Below, one piece after another: positions 1 to 8,459 of a DNA stretch of 64,000 nucleotides (the stretch's first letter is position 1; each line of letters starts with the position of its first letter). A program made the translations under genes and the position numbers. The stretch lies in the NCBI GenBank assembly GCA_035498875.1, contig DATJZP010000067.1, forward strand, positions 80,107 to 144,106. Direction: 5' to 3'. This stretch comes from Myxococcota bacterium (GTDB lineage Bacteria > Myxococcota_A > UBA9160 > SZUA-336). A model generated the notes under the pieces. That model was given only the letters and a program-made list of their open reading frames with translations. It had not been told where the DNA came from and ran no database searches.

Positions 1-325
1 ACAGTCCGACGCTGCGGCGTAGCTCGTTCAGATAGGCCTCGGCCTTGGGCAGGCCGATCGAGAGCACGAGCCGGCGGAACAGAAGTTGATCGTTTCCGCC
101 CGAAGCCGCCGCTGGAGGACGGCCCCTGCGTACACCGCCGGGCGCACGCTTGCCGGCCTTCTTCGCGGACGAGCGGGTCGTGTAGACCTGAGCGATCGAG
201 AGCTTGATGCCCTCGGCCTTTGCCTTGTCTACGACTTCTTTGGCGGGCATGGAGTGGGGCAGGGCTCGGATCCAGGCGGATTTGTTCACCCTGCCTGACT
301 TCGCTCGGCGTGTGGTCGTCGCCAT
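1..325 (-). CDS. hypothetical small Lys/Arg-rich protein, 3' end outside window (N-terminus MATTTRRAKSGRVNKSAWIRA...AKEVVDKAKAEGIKLSIAQVY)
   Basis: Reverse-strand ORF running off the window edge. ATG at 323-325 (rc) is preceded by a strong RBS AGGGAGAA. Not in the ORF track because there is no in-window stop. The N-terminus resembles small helical DNA/RNA-binding modules, but that resemblance is weak. Confidence 0.4.
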   Translation of the reverse strand, partial: MATTTRRAKSGRVNKSAWIRALPHSMPAKEVVDKAKAEGIKLSIAQVYTTRSSAKKAGKRAPGGVRRGRPPAAASGGNDQLLFRRLVLSIGLPKAEAYLNELRRSVGL

Positions 326-364
326 GAAACGTTTTCTCCCTTCAAGACATGAGCTGAATCGGAA

Positions 365-400
365 GACCGTCAGGTGTAAGACTTCCTTAGCCTGACGGTC
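365..400. terminator. 10-bp perfect inverted repeat GACCGTCAGG-N16-CCTGACGGTC, with a second short hairpin GGCAC-N6-GTGCC at ~404-419; lies downstream of the CoA-transferase gene and upstream of the small ORF
   Basis: Read directly from the sequence. There is no clear U-tract, so it could be a terminator or a regulatory hairpin. Confidence 0.3.
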
Positions 401-471
401 AGGCACCTGCGAGTGCCGAACTCTCATGTAGCGCGGATGTGGAGCTACAGCTATTCGCTCGCGGGGCCAGC

Positions 472-1677
472 CTAGGAGGACGCCGAGACCAGCACCCCTT
501 TCGCCGACAGGTCGGCGATCTCGGCCGGGTCCATGCCCAGCCGTTCGCGCAGCACCTGGGCATTGTGCTGCCCGAGCAGCGGCGCGCGCAGGTCGGGCAG
601 CTCGGGCATCGCGCCGAACTTGAACGGGAAGCCCGGGATCGTGACTTCTCCGAGCACGGGATCGGGCACGCGCCGCACCATCTCGCGCGCGATGAAGTAG
701 GGGTGAGTCACGGTGTCCTTCACCGACAGCACCGGCGCCGCCGCGACCCGGTGTTTCTCGAACACTCCGAGCGCGGCGTCGTCGCTCTTCTGCCTGGCGA
801 GCCAGCCCTCGATGATCGCGGTCAGCTCGACCTTGTTCTGCCCGCGCGCCGCGCCCGTCGCGAAGCGCGGATCGTTCACGAGCTCGGGCATGCCGAGCGC
901 GCGGCAGAAGCTCTCCCACTGGCGCTCCAGCACCAGCAGCACGATCCAGCCCTGCGGCGCCTTGTACACGCCCATCGGCCCGACCCAGGCGTGCTGCGCC
1001 CCGTGGCGGTGCGGCTCGACCGCGCCGCCGCTGTTCGCGTAGGCCTGCACGTTGCCCTCGTGACAGTGATAGAGCGCGTCGATCATCGACACGTCGATGT
1101 GTTGGCCCCTGCCCGTGCGCTCGCGGTGGAAGAGCGCGTAGCCGATCGCCGCGAAGGCGTGCACGCCGCTCTGCACGTCGCCGATGCCCGCGCCCACCCA
1201 CATCGGCGGCCCGTCGGGCGCGCCCGTCATCGACATCAGCCCCGAGAACGCCTGCGCGATCAGATCGAATCCTACCTTGTGAGAGAGCGGGCCGGTGCGG
1301 CCGAACGCCGAGATCGAGGCCATCACCAGCTTCGGGTTGCGCTTCGAGAGTGACTCGTAGGAGATGCCGCGCTTCTCCAGCACCCCGGGTCCGTAGTTCT
1401 CGACCACCACGTCCGCCTTCGCCGCCAGCTCGACCAGCAGCCCCGCGGCCTCGGGCTTCTGGAAGTCGACGCACAGACTCTTCTTCCCGCGGTTCTGCTG
1501 GATGTAGTAGACGCTGCGCTCGCCGACCCGCAGCGGCAACAGCCGCGCGGGATCGCCGCCCGGCGCCTGCTCGACCTTCACCACGTCGGCGCCCATCTCG
1601 GCCATCAGGCGAGTCACCGTGGGGCCCGCGAGATATTGCGTGAAGTCCACGACTCGGATTCCGGACAAGATCGACAT
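472..1677 (-). CDS. CoA transferase, family III (CaiB/BaiF-type)
   Basis: MSILSGIRVVDFTQYLAGPTVTRLMAEMGADVVKVE is the family-III CoA-transferase N-terminal signature. Start taken at the internal Met with GGAG RBS; the longer ORF extension is R-rich and looks like an artefact. Confidence 0.85.
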   Translation of the reverse strand: MSILSGIRVVDFTQYLAGPTVTRLMAEMGADVVKVEQAPGGDPARLLPLRVGERSVYYIQQNRGKKSLCVDFQKPEAAGLLVELAAKADVVVENYGPGVLEKRGISYESLSKRNPKLVMASISAFGRTGPLSHKVGFDLIAQAFSGLMSMTGAPDGPPMWVGAGIGDVQSGVHAFAAIGYALFHRERTGRGQHIDVSMIDALYHCHEGNVQAYANSGGAVEPHRHGAQHAWVGPMGVYKAPQGWIVLLVLERQWESFCRALGMPELVNDPRFATGAARGQNKVELTAIIEGWLARQKSDDAALGVFEKHRVAAAPVLSVKDTVTHPYFIAREMVRRVPDPVLGEVTIPGFPFKFGAMPELPDLRAPLLGQHNAQVLRERLGMDPAEIADLSAKGVLVSASS

Positions 1678-1756
1678 CGTCGGCTCCTCAGCGCCCGTTC
1701 CGTCGCGCGCTCGCGTAGCATGCACCTTGGGCGGGCGAAAAACCCAAGGAGTGGAC

Positions 1757-2179
1757 ATGGCCAAGGAACCGGAGCTCCCGACCTGGATCGCGGAGCACAT
1801 GAAGAAGTACCTCGCGACCAACGGCGCCGACGGTCACATCTGGAACGGCGTGCCGACGCTGCTGTTGACGACGACCGGCTCGAAGTCCGGCGCCCGGCGC
1901 ACGCTGCCGCTGATCTACGGCCGCGACGGCGACCGCTACGTGATCGTCGCCTCGCGCGGCGGCGCGCCCGACCATCCCGCCTGGTACAAGAACCTGGTGA
2001 AGCATCCCAACGTCGAGCTGCAGGTCGCGGCCGACAAGCTCAAGGCGCGCGCCAGCACCGCAAAGGGCGCGGACCGCAAGCGCCTGTGGCAGACGATGAC
2101 CAAGATCTGGCCGGCCTACGACGAGTATCAGACCAAGACCCAGCGCGAGATCCCGGTCGTGGTGCTGGAGCGCGTCTGA
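1757..2179 (+). CDS. deazaflavin (F420H2)-dependent nitroreductase-family oxidoreductase (Ddn-like, PF04075)
   Basis: VIVASRGGAPDHPAWYKNLVKHPNVELQ and WPAYDEYQTKTQREIPVVVL closely match the Ddn/FDOR-A family. GGAG RBS before the ATG. Confidence 0.8.
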   Translation: MAKEPELPTWIAEHMKKYLATNGADGHIWNGVPTLLLTTTGSKSGARRTLPLIYGRDGDRYVIVASRGGAPDHPAWYKNLVKHPNVELQVAADKLKARASTAKGADRKRLWQTMTKIWPAYDEYQTKTQREIPVVVLERV

Positions 2180-2244
2180 AGCGACCGATCCTCGGCGCGG
2201 GTGACTGGCGGCCGCTGTTCACGCCCGCGAAGACCGGCTGCTAC

Positions 2245-3051
2245 GTGAACGATCACTGCGTGGTGCGCGTCGGCGAGCGCTGGCACGTGTTCGGCATCAC
2301 CAAGCTCACGCCCGAGGTCGATCCGCACCAGGAGCGCTGGTTCTGTCACGGCTCGGGCGAGTCACTCGGCGAGGGCGGCTTCCGCGAGCACGCGCGGGTG
2401 TGTGACTTCGGCGCGCGCGCCTGGGCGCCCACGCTGGCATTCGACGGCGAGCGCTGGGTGATGATCTACGGGCCGGATCGGCTGCGCGCGGCGATCTGCG
2501 ACGATCCGCGGCTCGAGAGCTGGCACGAGGCCCCGTGCACGCTCGGCGGCGGCCCGCTCGGCGCGGTGCTGCGCGACGGCATGATCTTCCGCCTGGACGA
2601 CGACTCGTGGCTTCTGTACGCGACCGGGAAGCGCGGCCCCGAGGGCGTGGTCAGCGTGTGCGTGTCCGAGAACCTGCTCGACTGGCGCTTCGTGCGCTTC
2701 GCGCTGCGCACCGAAGGCTCTGCGAAGCAGCCAGCCTGGGGCGCCTGCGAGTCACCGTTCGTGTTCCGGCACGAGGGCGCCTACTGGCTCTCGATCACGC
2801 ACACGACCAGCGGGCAGGGGCCCGCCGAGTATCACGAGACGGTGCTGTTCCGCTCGCAGAACCCCTTCGACTTCGGCAGCTACGACGGCAGCGAGCGGAA
2901 CGTGGCGGCGCGGCTCGCGGCGCACGCGCCCGAGTATCTCGTCGAGCCCGAGAGCGGCCGCTGGTACGTGACCAGCGCGGGCTGGATCGGCGAGCGCTTC
3001 GGCACGGTGATTCCCGGCAGCGTCGCGATCCGCGCGCTGGAGTGGCGCTAG
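2245..3051 (+). CDS. hypothetical protein, beta-propeller / glycoside-hydrolase-like; start codon unresolved
   Basis: A well-conserved-looking frame (WHVFGITKL, GERWVMIYGP, WLLYATGKRG, YWLSITHTT) is open from inside the upstream gene. There is no ATG after 2179; candidate starts are GTG ~2245 or GTG 2086. Confidence 0.35.
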   Translation: MNDHCVVRVGERWHVFGITKLTPEVDPHQERWFCHGSGESLGEGGFREHARVCDFGARAWAPTLAFDGERWVMIYGPDRLRAAICDDPRLESWHEAPCTLGGGPLGAVLRDGMIFRLDDDSWLLYATGKRGPEGVVSVCVSENLLDWRFVRFALRTEGSAKQPAWGACESPFVFRHEGAYWLSITHTTSGQGPAEYHETVLFRSQNPFDFGSYDGSERNVAARLAAHAPEYLVEPESGRWYVTSAGWIGERFGTVIPGSVAIRALEWR

Positions 3052-3551
3052 GGGAAGGCGAGCTCGAGCTGCGGCGGGTCGCGCTCGTCTTTGGCGAGCG
3101 CCAGCCCGCGCAGGCGCGTGACGTATTCCGCGGGCAGGCCGTGGTGCCGCGCGCCGGCCAGGATCAGCCCCAGATAGCGCCGCGACGGCTTGCGGCCCGC
3201 GACGCCGCGCCCGGACTGGTACGTGAACGCCGCGATCGCCTCGCCGCGCGCATCCGAGACCGAGACCGCGAGCCGCGCATAGGCGCCGTGCGGCACGCCC
3301 TCCGTGTGGTCGAGTCGCTCGGCGTCGGCGTGCGTGAGTTGGTAGAGCACGCCCCAGACCTGCTCGCCGTCGAGCGCCGTCACGTTGGCCACGCCGCGCT
3401 CGCCCGGTCCGACCGGCAGGTCGAAGCGCAGCTCGAAGTTCTCGAGCCGCCCGATCCGGGTGTCGGTCGGCACCATCCTTCTTCGTCCTAGGAAGGTACC
3501 GGGATCCAGGTTGCTCCCGTACGCGAAGTACCACAGCGTCGTGGCGTCCAT
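3048..3551 (-). CDS. gamma-glutamylcyclotransferase family protein (AIG2/GGACT-like)
   Basis: YFAYGSNLDPG N-terminal motif and ~165 aa size. Confidence 0.75.
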   Translation of the reverse strand: MDATTLWYFAYGSNLDPGTFLGRRRMVPTDTRIGRLENFELRFDLPVGPGERGVANVTALDGEQVWGVLYQLTHADAERLDHTEGVPHGAYARLAVSVSDARGEAIAAFTYQSGRGVAGRKPSRRYLGLILAGARHHGLPAEYVTRLRGLALAKDERDPPQLELAFP

Positions 3552-3613
3552 GGGCGCCCGCGATTCTGGCTTTGGCGAGCGCCGCCCACAAGTCGGCGAA
3601 GGAGACCCACGAG

Positions 3614-4795
3614 ATGAGCCCCAGCTTCTCGAAGGCGCGTCTGGCGCGCATGCACGAGGCGATGTCGAGTCACGTTGCGAGCGGCGCGATCCCGGGCCTG
3701 GTCACTCTGTTGAGTCGCCGCGGAGAGACTCACGTGGACGCGATCGGCACGCGAGCCGCGGGCTCGAGCGCGCCGATGACGCGCGACACGCTGTTCCGGA
3801 TCGCATCGATGACGAAGCCGGTGACCGCGGCCGCGGTCATGATCCTGGTCGAAGAGTGCGTGCTGCGGCTCGACGAGCCCGTGGACCACTGGCTGCCCGA
3901 GCTGGCCGGCCGGCGCGTGCTGCGCTCGCTCGACGCCGCGATCGACGACACGGTCCCGTCGCCGCGCCCGATCACGGTGCGCGATCTCCTGACGTTCCGC
4001 CTGGGACACGGCTTCGTGCTGGCGCCGCCCGGTCGCTTCCCGATCCAGAAGGCGATCGAGGCCGCGGGGCTGGCGCCGGGTCCTCGCCCCAGCTCGTTTT
4101 CACCCGACGAGTGGATGAAGCGGCTCGGGTCACTGCCGCTCGTGTACGCGCCGGGCGAGCGCTGGATGTATCACACCGGCTCCGACGTGCTGGGCGTGCT
4201 GGTGGCGCGCGCGTCGGGGAAGTCGTTCGGCGCGTTCCTGAAGGAGCGCATCTTCGAGCCGCTCGGCATGCGCGACAGCGGCTTCCACGTTCCCGCCGGC
4301 GAGCTCGAGCGGCTGCCCGGCGCCTATGCCGGCAAGGAGCCGTTCGACGCGGCCGGGCGAGACAGCCGCTTCGCAAAGCCGCCCGCGTTCGAGTCGGGCG
4401 GGGGAGGGCTGATCTCGACCGCCGACGACTATCTCGCCTTCTGCCTGATGCTGCTGGGGAAGGGCAGTCACCGCGGCACTCGCGTGCTGTCCCGACCCGC
4501 CGTCGAGCTGATGACGACCAACCAGCTCAGTGACGCGCAGCGCGCGGAAGCCAGGCTCTTCTTCGGCGATCACTCCGGCTGGGGCTTCGGCATGGCGGTC
4601 GCGATCCGGCGCACCGAGCTCTGGAACACGCCCGGGCGCTTCGGCTGGGACGGCGGCTACGGAACGTCCGGCTACACCGACCCGGCCGAAGAGCTGGTGG
4701 GGATCCTGCTCACGCAGCGCATGATGGAGTCACCCGAGCCACCGCGCGTGTTCAGCGACTTCTGGACCTCGACCTACCAGGCGCTCGAGGGCTGA
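3614..4795 (+). CDS. serine hydrolase, beta-lactamase/transpeptidase-like family
   Basis: SMTK (SxxK) active-site motif. GGAG RBS before the ATG at 3614. Confidence 0.8.
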   Translation: MSPSFSKARLARMHEAMSSHVASGAIPGLVTLLSRRGETHVDAIGTRAAGSSAPMTRDTLFRIASMTKPVTAAAVMILVEECVLRLDEPVDHWLPELAGRRVLRSLDAAIDDTVPSPRPITVRDLLTFRLGHGFVLAPPGRFPIQKAIEAAGLAPGPRPSSFSPDEWMKRLGSLPLVYAPGERWMYHTGSDVLGVLVARASGKSFGAFLKERIFEPLGMRDSGFHVPAGELERLPGAYAGKEPFDAAGRDSRFAKPPAFESGGGGLISTADDYLAFCLMLLGKGSHRGTRVLSRPAVELMTTNQLSDAQRAEARLFFGDHSGWGFGMAVAIRRTELWNTPGRFGWDGGYGTSGYTDPAEELVGILLTQRMMESPEPPRVFSDFWTSTYQALEG

Positions 4796-4803
4796 GGCGG
4801 GAG

Positions 4804-5349
4804 TCAGCCGGCCTTGCCGGCTGACTCCGCCTCGGTCAGGGTCTTCATGGAAGACAGTCCCTGCTCGAACTGGCCGCCGACCATCTTGTCCGTGTTCATG
4901 AGCAGGCCGAAGGCCTTGCCCATGAAGCCGTTCTGGCCCTCCATCCGCCAGGTGACTCGCGTGGCCTGGCCCTGGGGCTCGAGGATGAAGCGCGCGGTGT
5001 TCGTGGCCTGGAACGGCTTCACGAAGTCGAGCCGCAGCGTGACCTGCTCGTCCGGCTTGGTCTCGGTCACCGTCATGCTGCCGGAGCCCATCTTCTGACT
5101 CTCCCAGGCGGACCTCGCGCCCACGCCGGAATCCGGGCCGCTGTACTCGATCTTCATGTTCGGGTCACCCAGCGCGAAGGGCGACCAGCCGTTCATCGCG
5201 CGCGGACTCACGATGTGCGGGTAGATGACTGCGGCCGGGGCCTGGATCGACGCGCTGCGCTCGATCACGAACGCGGTGGGCTGCAGGGCCACGATGATCG
5301 CCAGCACTCCCACGATCGCCAGCAGCCCGAGCACGATGAACTTCACCAT
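4804..5349 (-). CDS. SRPBCC-family (polyketide cyclase/dehydrase-like) protein with N-terminal TM anchor
   Basis: Hydrophobic N-terminus followed by a ~150-aa START/Bet v1-like region. Confidence 0.55.
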   Translation of the reverse strand: MVKFIVLGLLAIVGVLAIIVALQPTAFVIERSASIQAPAAVIYPHIVSPRAMNGWSPFALGDPNMKIEYSGPDSGVGARSAWESQKMGSGSMTVTETKPDEQVTLRLDFVKPFQATNTARFILEPQGQATRVTWRMEGQNGFMGKAFGLLMNTDKMVGGQFEQGLSSMKTLTEAESAGKAG

Positions 5350-5410
5350 GGCGCTCCTCCTCTCGTTGCCTGATACGCCCTAGGACGAACCGCGAAGCTC
5401 CATTCCGACA

Positions 5411-5830
5411 CTACCGCTTCGAGCGCGCACGCAGCTCCTTTTCTTTCGCGACGAGCTCGGGGGTGACGTCGGAAAAGTCTTCCACTTCGAAGAGTTGGCG
5501 CACTTCGATCTCGGCGTCCTCGCCGGGGTGGGGGTGCGGCGAGCGCAGCGCCCAGTCGATCGCCTCCTGGCGCGACTTCACGTCGAGGATCCAGAAGCCC
5601 GCGATCAGCTCCTTGGTCTCGGTGAACGGACCGTCGGTGACGGTGCGCGAGCCCGCCGTGATGCGCACGCGCGCGCCCTTCGAGCTGGGCTGCAGGCCGT
5701 CGCCCGAGACCAGCACGCCCGCGTTCACGAGCTTCTCGTTGAACTCCATCATCTCCTGCATCAGCTCGTTCGGGGGCTCGACTCCGGCCTCGGAGTTGGG
5801 GGTCGCCTTCAACAGCAGCACGAACCGCAT
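5411..5830 (-). CDS. YciI-family (DGPF-domain) protein
   Basis: 139 aa, MRFVLLLKA...AGVLVSGDGLQP...DGPFTETKELIAGFWIL. RBS GGAGAG upstream. Confidence 0.75.
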   Translation of the reverse strand: MRFVLLLKATPNSEAGVEPPNELMQEMMEFNEKLVNAGVLVSGDGLQPSSKGARVRITAGSRTVTDGPFTETKELIAGFWILDVKSRQEAIDWALRSPHPHPGEDAEIEVRQLFEVEDFSDVTPELVAKEKELRARSKR

Positions 5831-5895
5831 GACGTCTCTCCTTCGTTGTCGGGTTCGACCCGAGGACGAACGAGCGGCGCCCGTTCCGACATCAG

Positions 5896-6396
5896 TCACT
5901 CGGGGTAGTGGACGTCCGTGATCTCGAGCCGCTCGCGGCCGCGCGGCGTGGTCCAGGTCACTTCGTCGCCGAGGGCGTGCCCCAGCAGCGCCCGCGCGAG
6001 CGGGGAGGTGAAGGCGATCTTGCCCTGCGCGGGATCGGCCTCGTCGACGCCCACGATGCGACAGCGCCGCTCGCCGTCTTGCCCCGCTACGGTGACCCGG
6101 GCGCCGAAGCGCACCACCTCGACCGACTCGGGCGGGGGCGCCAGCTCGGCCGTGGCGATGCGCGCCTCGAGCGCCGCGCGGCGCTCGGCCAGTGCGCCCA
6201 GCCGGCGCGCGCGCTCCTTCTCGTTCGCAAGCGCAGTGACTCGCGCGCGCTCGGCCGCGAGCCCGCCGAGCTCTTCCTGCAAGAGCGCCAGGCCCGCGCG
6301 AGTCACATAGTTCGGCACGCCCGGCGGCAGCGGCGCACGCGGCCGGACGATCGGCGCGTCCTCGCCCGCCTCTTCGTCGGTGAACGCCTTGCTCAT
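5896..6396 (-). CDS. GreA/GreB-family transcription elongation factor
   Basis: Only the C-terminal 166 aa of the 615-aa track ORF is real; coiled-coil N-region plus C-terminal FKBP-like GreA domain (IAFTSPLARALLG). Confidence 0.7.
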   Translation of the reverse strand: MSKAFTDEEAGEDAPIVRPRAPLPPGVPNYVTRAGLALLQEELGGLAAERARVTALANEKERARRLGALAERRAALEARIATAELAPPPESVEVVRFGARVTVAGQDGERRCRIVGVDEADPAQGKIAFTSPLARALLGHALGDEVTWTTPRGRERLEITDVHYPE

Positions 6397-6423
6397 CCGA
6401 TTCAGGATAGACTCGGCGCACCG

Positions 6424-7638
6424 ATGCCGGGGGACGACTCGAGGGAGGGCTCGCTGCGCTGGCTCGTGCTCGCCAGCGTGGTGGGCATGAACTTCGTGGC
6501 GACCGGAATGGCCTGGACCTACGTGGTGGTCCTGGTCGCTCCCATCCTCGAGGACCTGCATCTCCAGCTGCTCGATTGGGGGAAGCTCTGGTCGGGTCTC
6601 TCGATGGGCGCGCTGCTCGGCGCGGTGCCCGCGGGCGTGCTCGGCGACCGCTTCGGTGTGCGCGGCGTGGTGACCGCGGGCGCGCTGGCCATGGCCGCCA
6701 CCCTGGGCCTGCGCGCGCTGGGCGGGAGCTTCGGCGTGGTGCTGGTCGCGATGGTGCTCTACGGAGTCACGCTGTCGCTGGTGAGCGCGAACCTGCCCAA
6801 GGCGCTGGGCATGTGGTTCCCGCCGCAGCAGCTCGGGCTCGTGAACGGGATCGCGCTGGCCGGAAACGGCGGCGGACAGGGCCTCGCCACCTTCGCGGCG
6901 CCGCTCGCGCTCGGCTGGGCGGGCGGCTGGCGCGGACTCACCGCCTGGCTGGCCCTGGGAGTCACTGCCCTGGCCGTGATCTGGGGCGTCTGCGTGCGCG
7001 AGCGCGGCCCGCGCCCCGAGCCCGGTGACACCCCGGCGGGCGCCGGCATCGGCAGTGCGCTGGGCGTGCCGGCCGTCTGGCTCGTGGCCGGCAGCTACTT
7101 CTTCTTCCTGGCCGGCTATCTCGGCGTGGTGTCGTATCTGCCTTCCTATCTGGTGAGCGCGCGCGGGCTCGCGCCGCAGGCCGCCGGCGGCATGCTCAGC
7201 ATCGTGCTCGCGTCCTACGTGCTGGGGAGCTTGATCTTCCCCGGTCTCTCCGACCGGATCGGCCTGCGCAAGGCGGTGTACGTGCCGGGGATCCTGCTCT
7301 CGGGCGCGATGGTCTACTGCTCGAGCGCGTTCACCGGCAGCACGCTGGTGGCCGTGATGGTGGTGTGGGGGCTCGCGGCCGGCGCGATCGCGCTCGTGTT
7401 CACGGTGCCGCTCGAGCTGCCCGAAATCGGCCCCGAGCTCGCGGGCTCGGCGATCGGCGCGACGCTCATGGCGGGCTTCGCGGGCGGGTTCATCTCGCCC
7501 ATCGTCGGGCTGGCGCTCGCGGAGCGCAGCCCGAGCGCCGCCTTCCTGTTCTGGGCCGGCTGCTACGCGCTGTCGGCGTTGGCGTTCGCGTTCCTGCCCG
7601 AGACCGGGAGCGCGCGCAGATACGGAGGAGCGAGATGA
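6424..7638 (+). CDS. MFS transporter
   Basis: 12-TM hydrophobic profile. The stop overlaps the next gene's start (ATGA). Confidence 0.8.
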   Translation: MPGDDSREGSLRWLVLASVVGMNFVATGMAWTYVVVLVAPILEDLHLQLLDWGKLWSGLSMGALLGAVPAGVLGDRFGVRGVVTAGALAMAATLGLRALGGSFGVVLVAMVLYGVTLSLVSANLPKALGMWFPPQQLGLVNGIALAGNGGGQGLATFAAPLALGWAGGWRGLTAWLALGVTALAVIWGVCVRERGPRPEPGDTPAGAGIGSALGVPAVWLVAGSYFFFLAGYLGVVSYLPSYLVSARGLAPQAAGGMLSIVLASYVLGSLIFPGLSDRIGLRKAVYVPGILLSGAMVYCSSAFTGSTLVAVMVVWGLAAGAIALVFTVPLELPEIGPELAGSAIGATLMAGFAGGFISPIVGLALAERSPSAAFLFWAGCYALSALAFAFLPETGSARRYGGAR

Positions 7639-8459
7639 CGCTGTGGAAGGCGGAGCGGGATCAAAGTGGCGTGGTCGTCGCGACCTACACCAACCCGCCC
7701 ATGAACTACTTCTGCGCGCAGGGCACCCAGGAGCTCGGCGCACTGATTCCCACTTGGTCCGATCCGGCCGTGCGCGCGGTCGTGCTGACCGGCGGCATGA
7801 CCGGGAAGTTCATCACTCACTACAGCGTCGAGGAGCTCGCGGCGCTCTCGGCCGACCACGGCACGATGCGCGCGCTCGGGCTGGGCTTGAACCACGGCTA
7901 CCACGAGCTGCTGCGCTCGCTGCGCGACCTGCCCAAGCCCGTGATCGTGGCGATGAACGGCGACACCATGGGCGGCGGCTTCGAGCTCTCGCTCTCGTGC
8001 GACATCCGGATCGCCGCGTCGGGTGACCACCGGATCGGGCTGCCGGAGGCCACGCTCGGCATCCTGCCGGGCGGCAGCGGCACGCAGCGGCTGTCGCGCC
8101 TGCTCGGCGCCAGTCGCGCGATCGATTTCATCTTGCGCGGGCGCATCTGCCGGCCGGAAGAGGCGCTGCAGCTCGGGCTCGTGCACGAGGTGGCGCCCGA
8201 CGCGCTGGCGCGCGCGCGGTCGCTGGCCGGCGGCCTGGCGGAGCTCTCGCCGATCGCGCTGGCCGAGATCAAGCGCTGCGTCTATCGCGGCAGCGACGTG
8301 TCACTCGACGCGGGCCTCACGATCGAGAGTGAGTCGTTCATGAACACCATGTTCTCGGACCAGGGCTTGCGCACGATGCGCGAGTACGTGGCGCTGCCGC
8401 TCGAGAAGCGGCGCGACTGGCTCGAGCGCCGCACCCAGCTGGCGCATCCGAAGCGCTAG
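7635..8459 (+). CDS. enoyl-CoA hydratase/isomerase family protein
   Basis: Crotonase fold motifs (VIVAMNGDTMGGGFELSLSCDIRIA). GGAGGAG RBS. Confidence 0.85.
   Translation: MTLWKAERDQSGVVVATYTNPPMNYFCAQGTQELGALIPTWSDPAVRAVVLTGGMTGKFITHYSVEELAALSADHGTMRALGLGLNHGYHELLRSLRDLPKPVIVAMNGDTMGGGFELSLSCDIRIAASGDHRIGLPEATLGILPGGSGTQRLSRLLGASRAIDFILRGRICRPEEALQLGLVHEVAPDALARARSLAGGLAELSPIALAEIKRCVYRGSDVSLDAGLTIESESFMNTMFSDQGLRTMREYVALPLEKRRDWLERRTQLAHPKR

Noticed and set aside
5896-7743. 615-aa minus-strand ORF
   Set aside because: Only its 3' 501 nt encode a coherent protein, the GreA-like factor. The upstream 1.3 kb is antisense to the MFS transporter and is low complexity.
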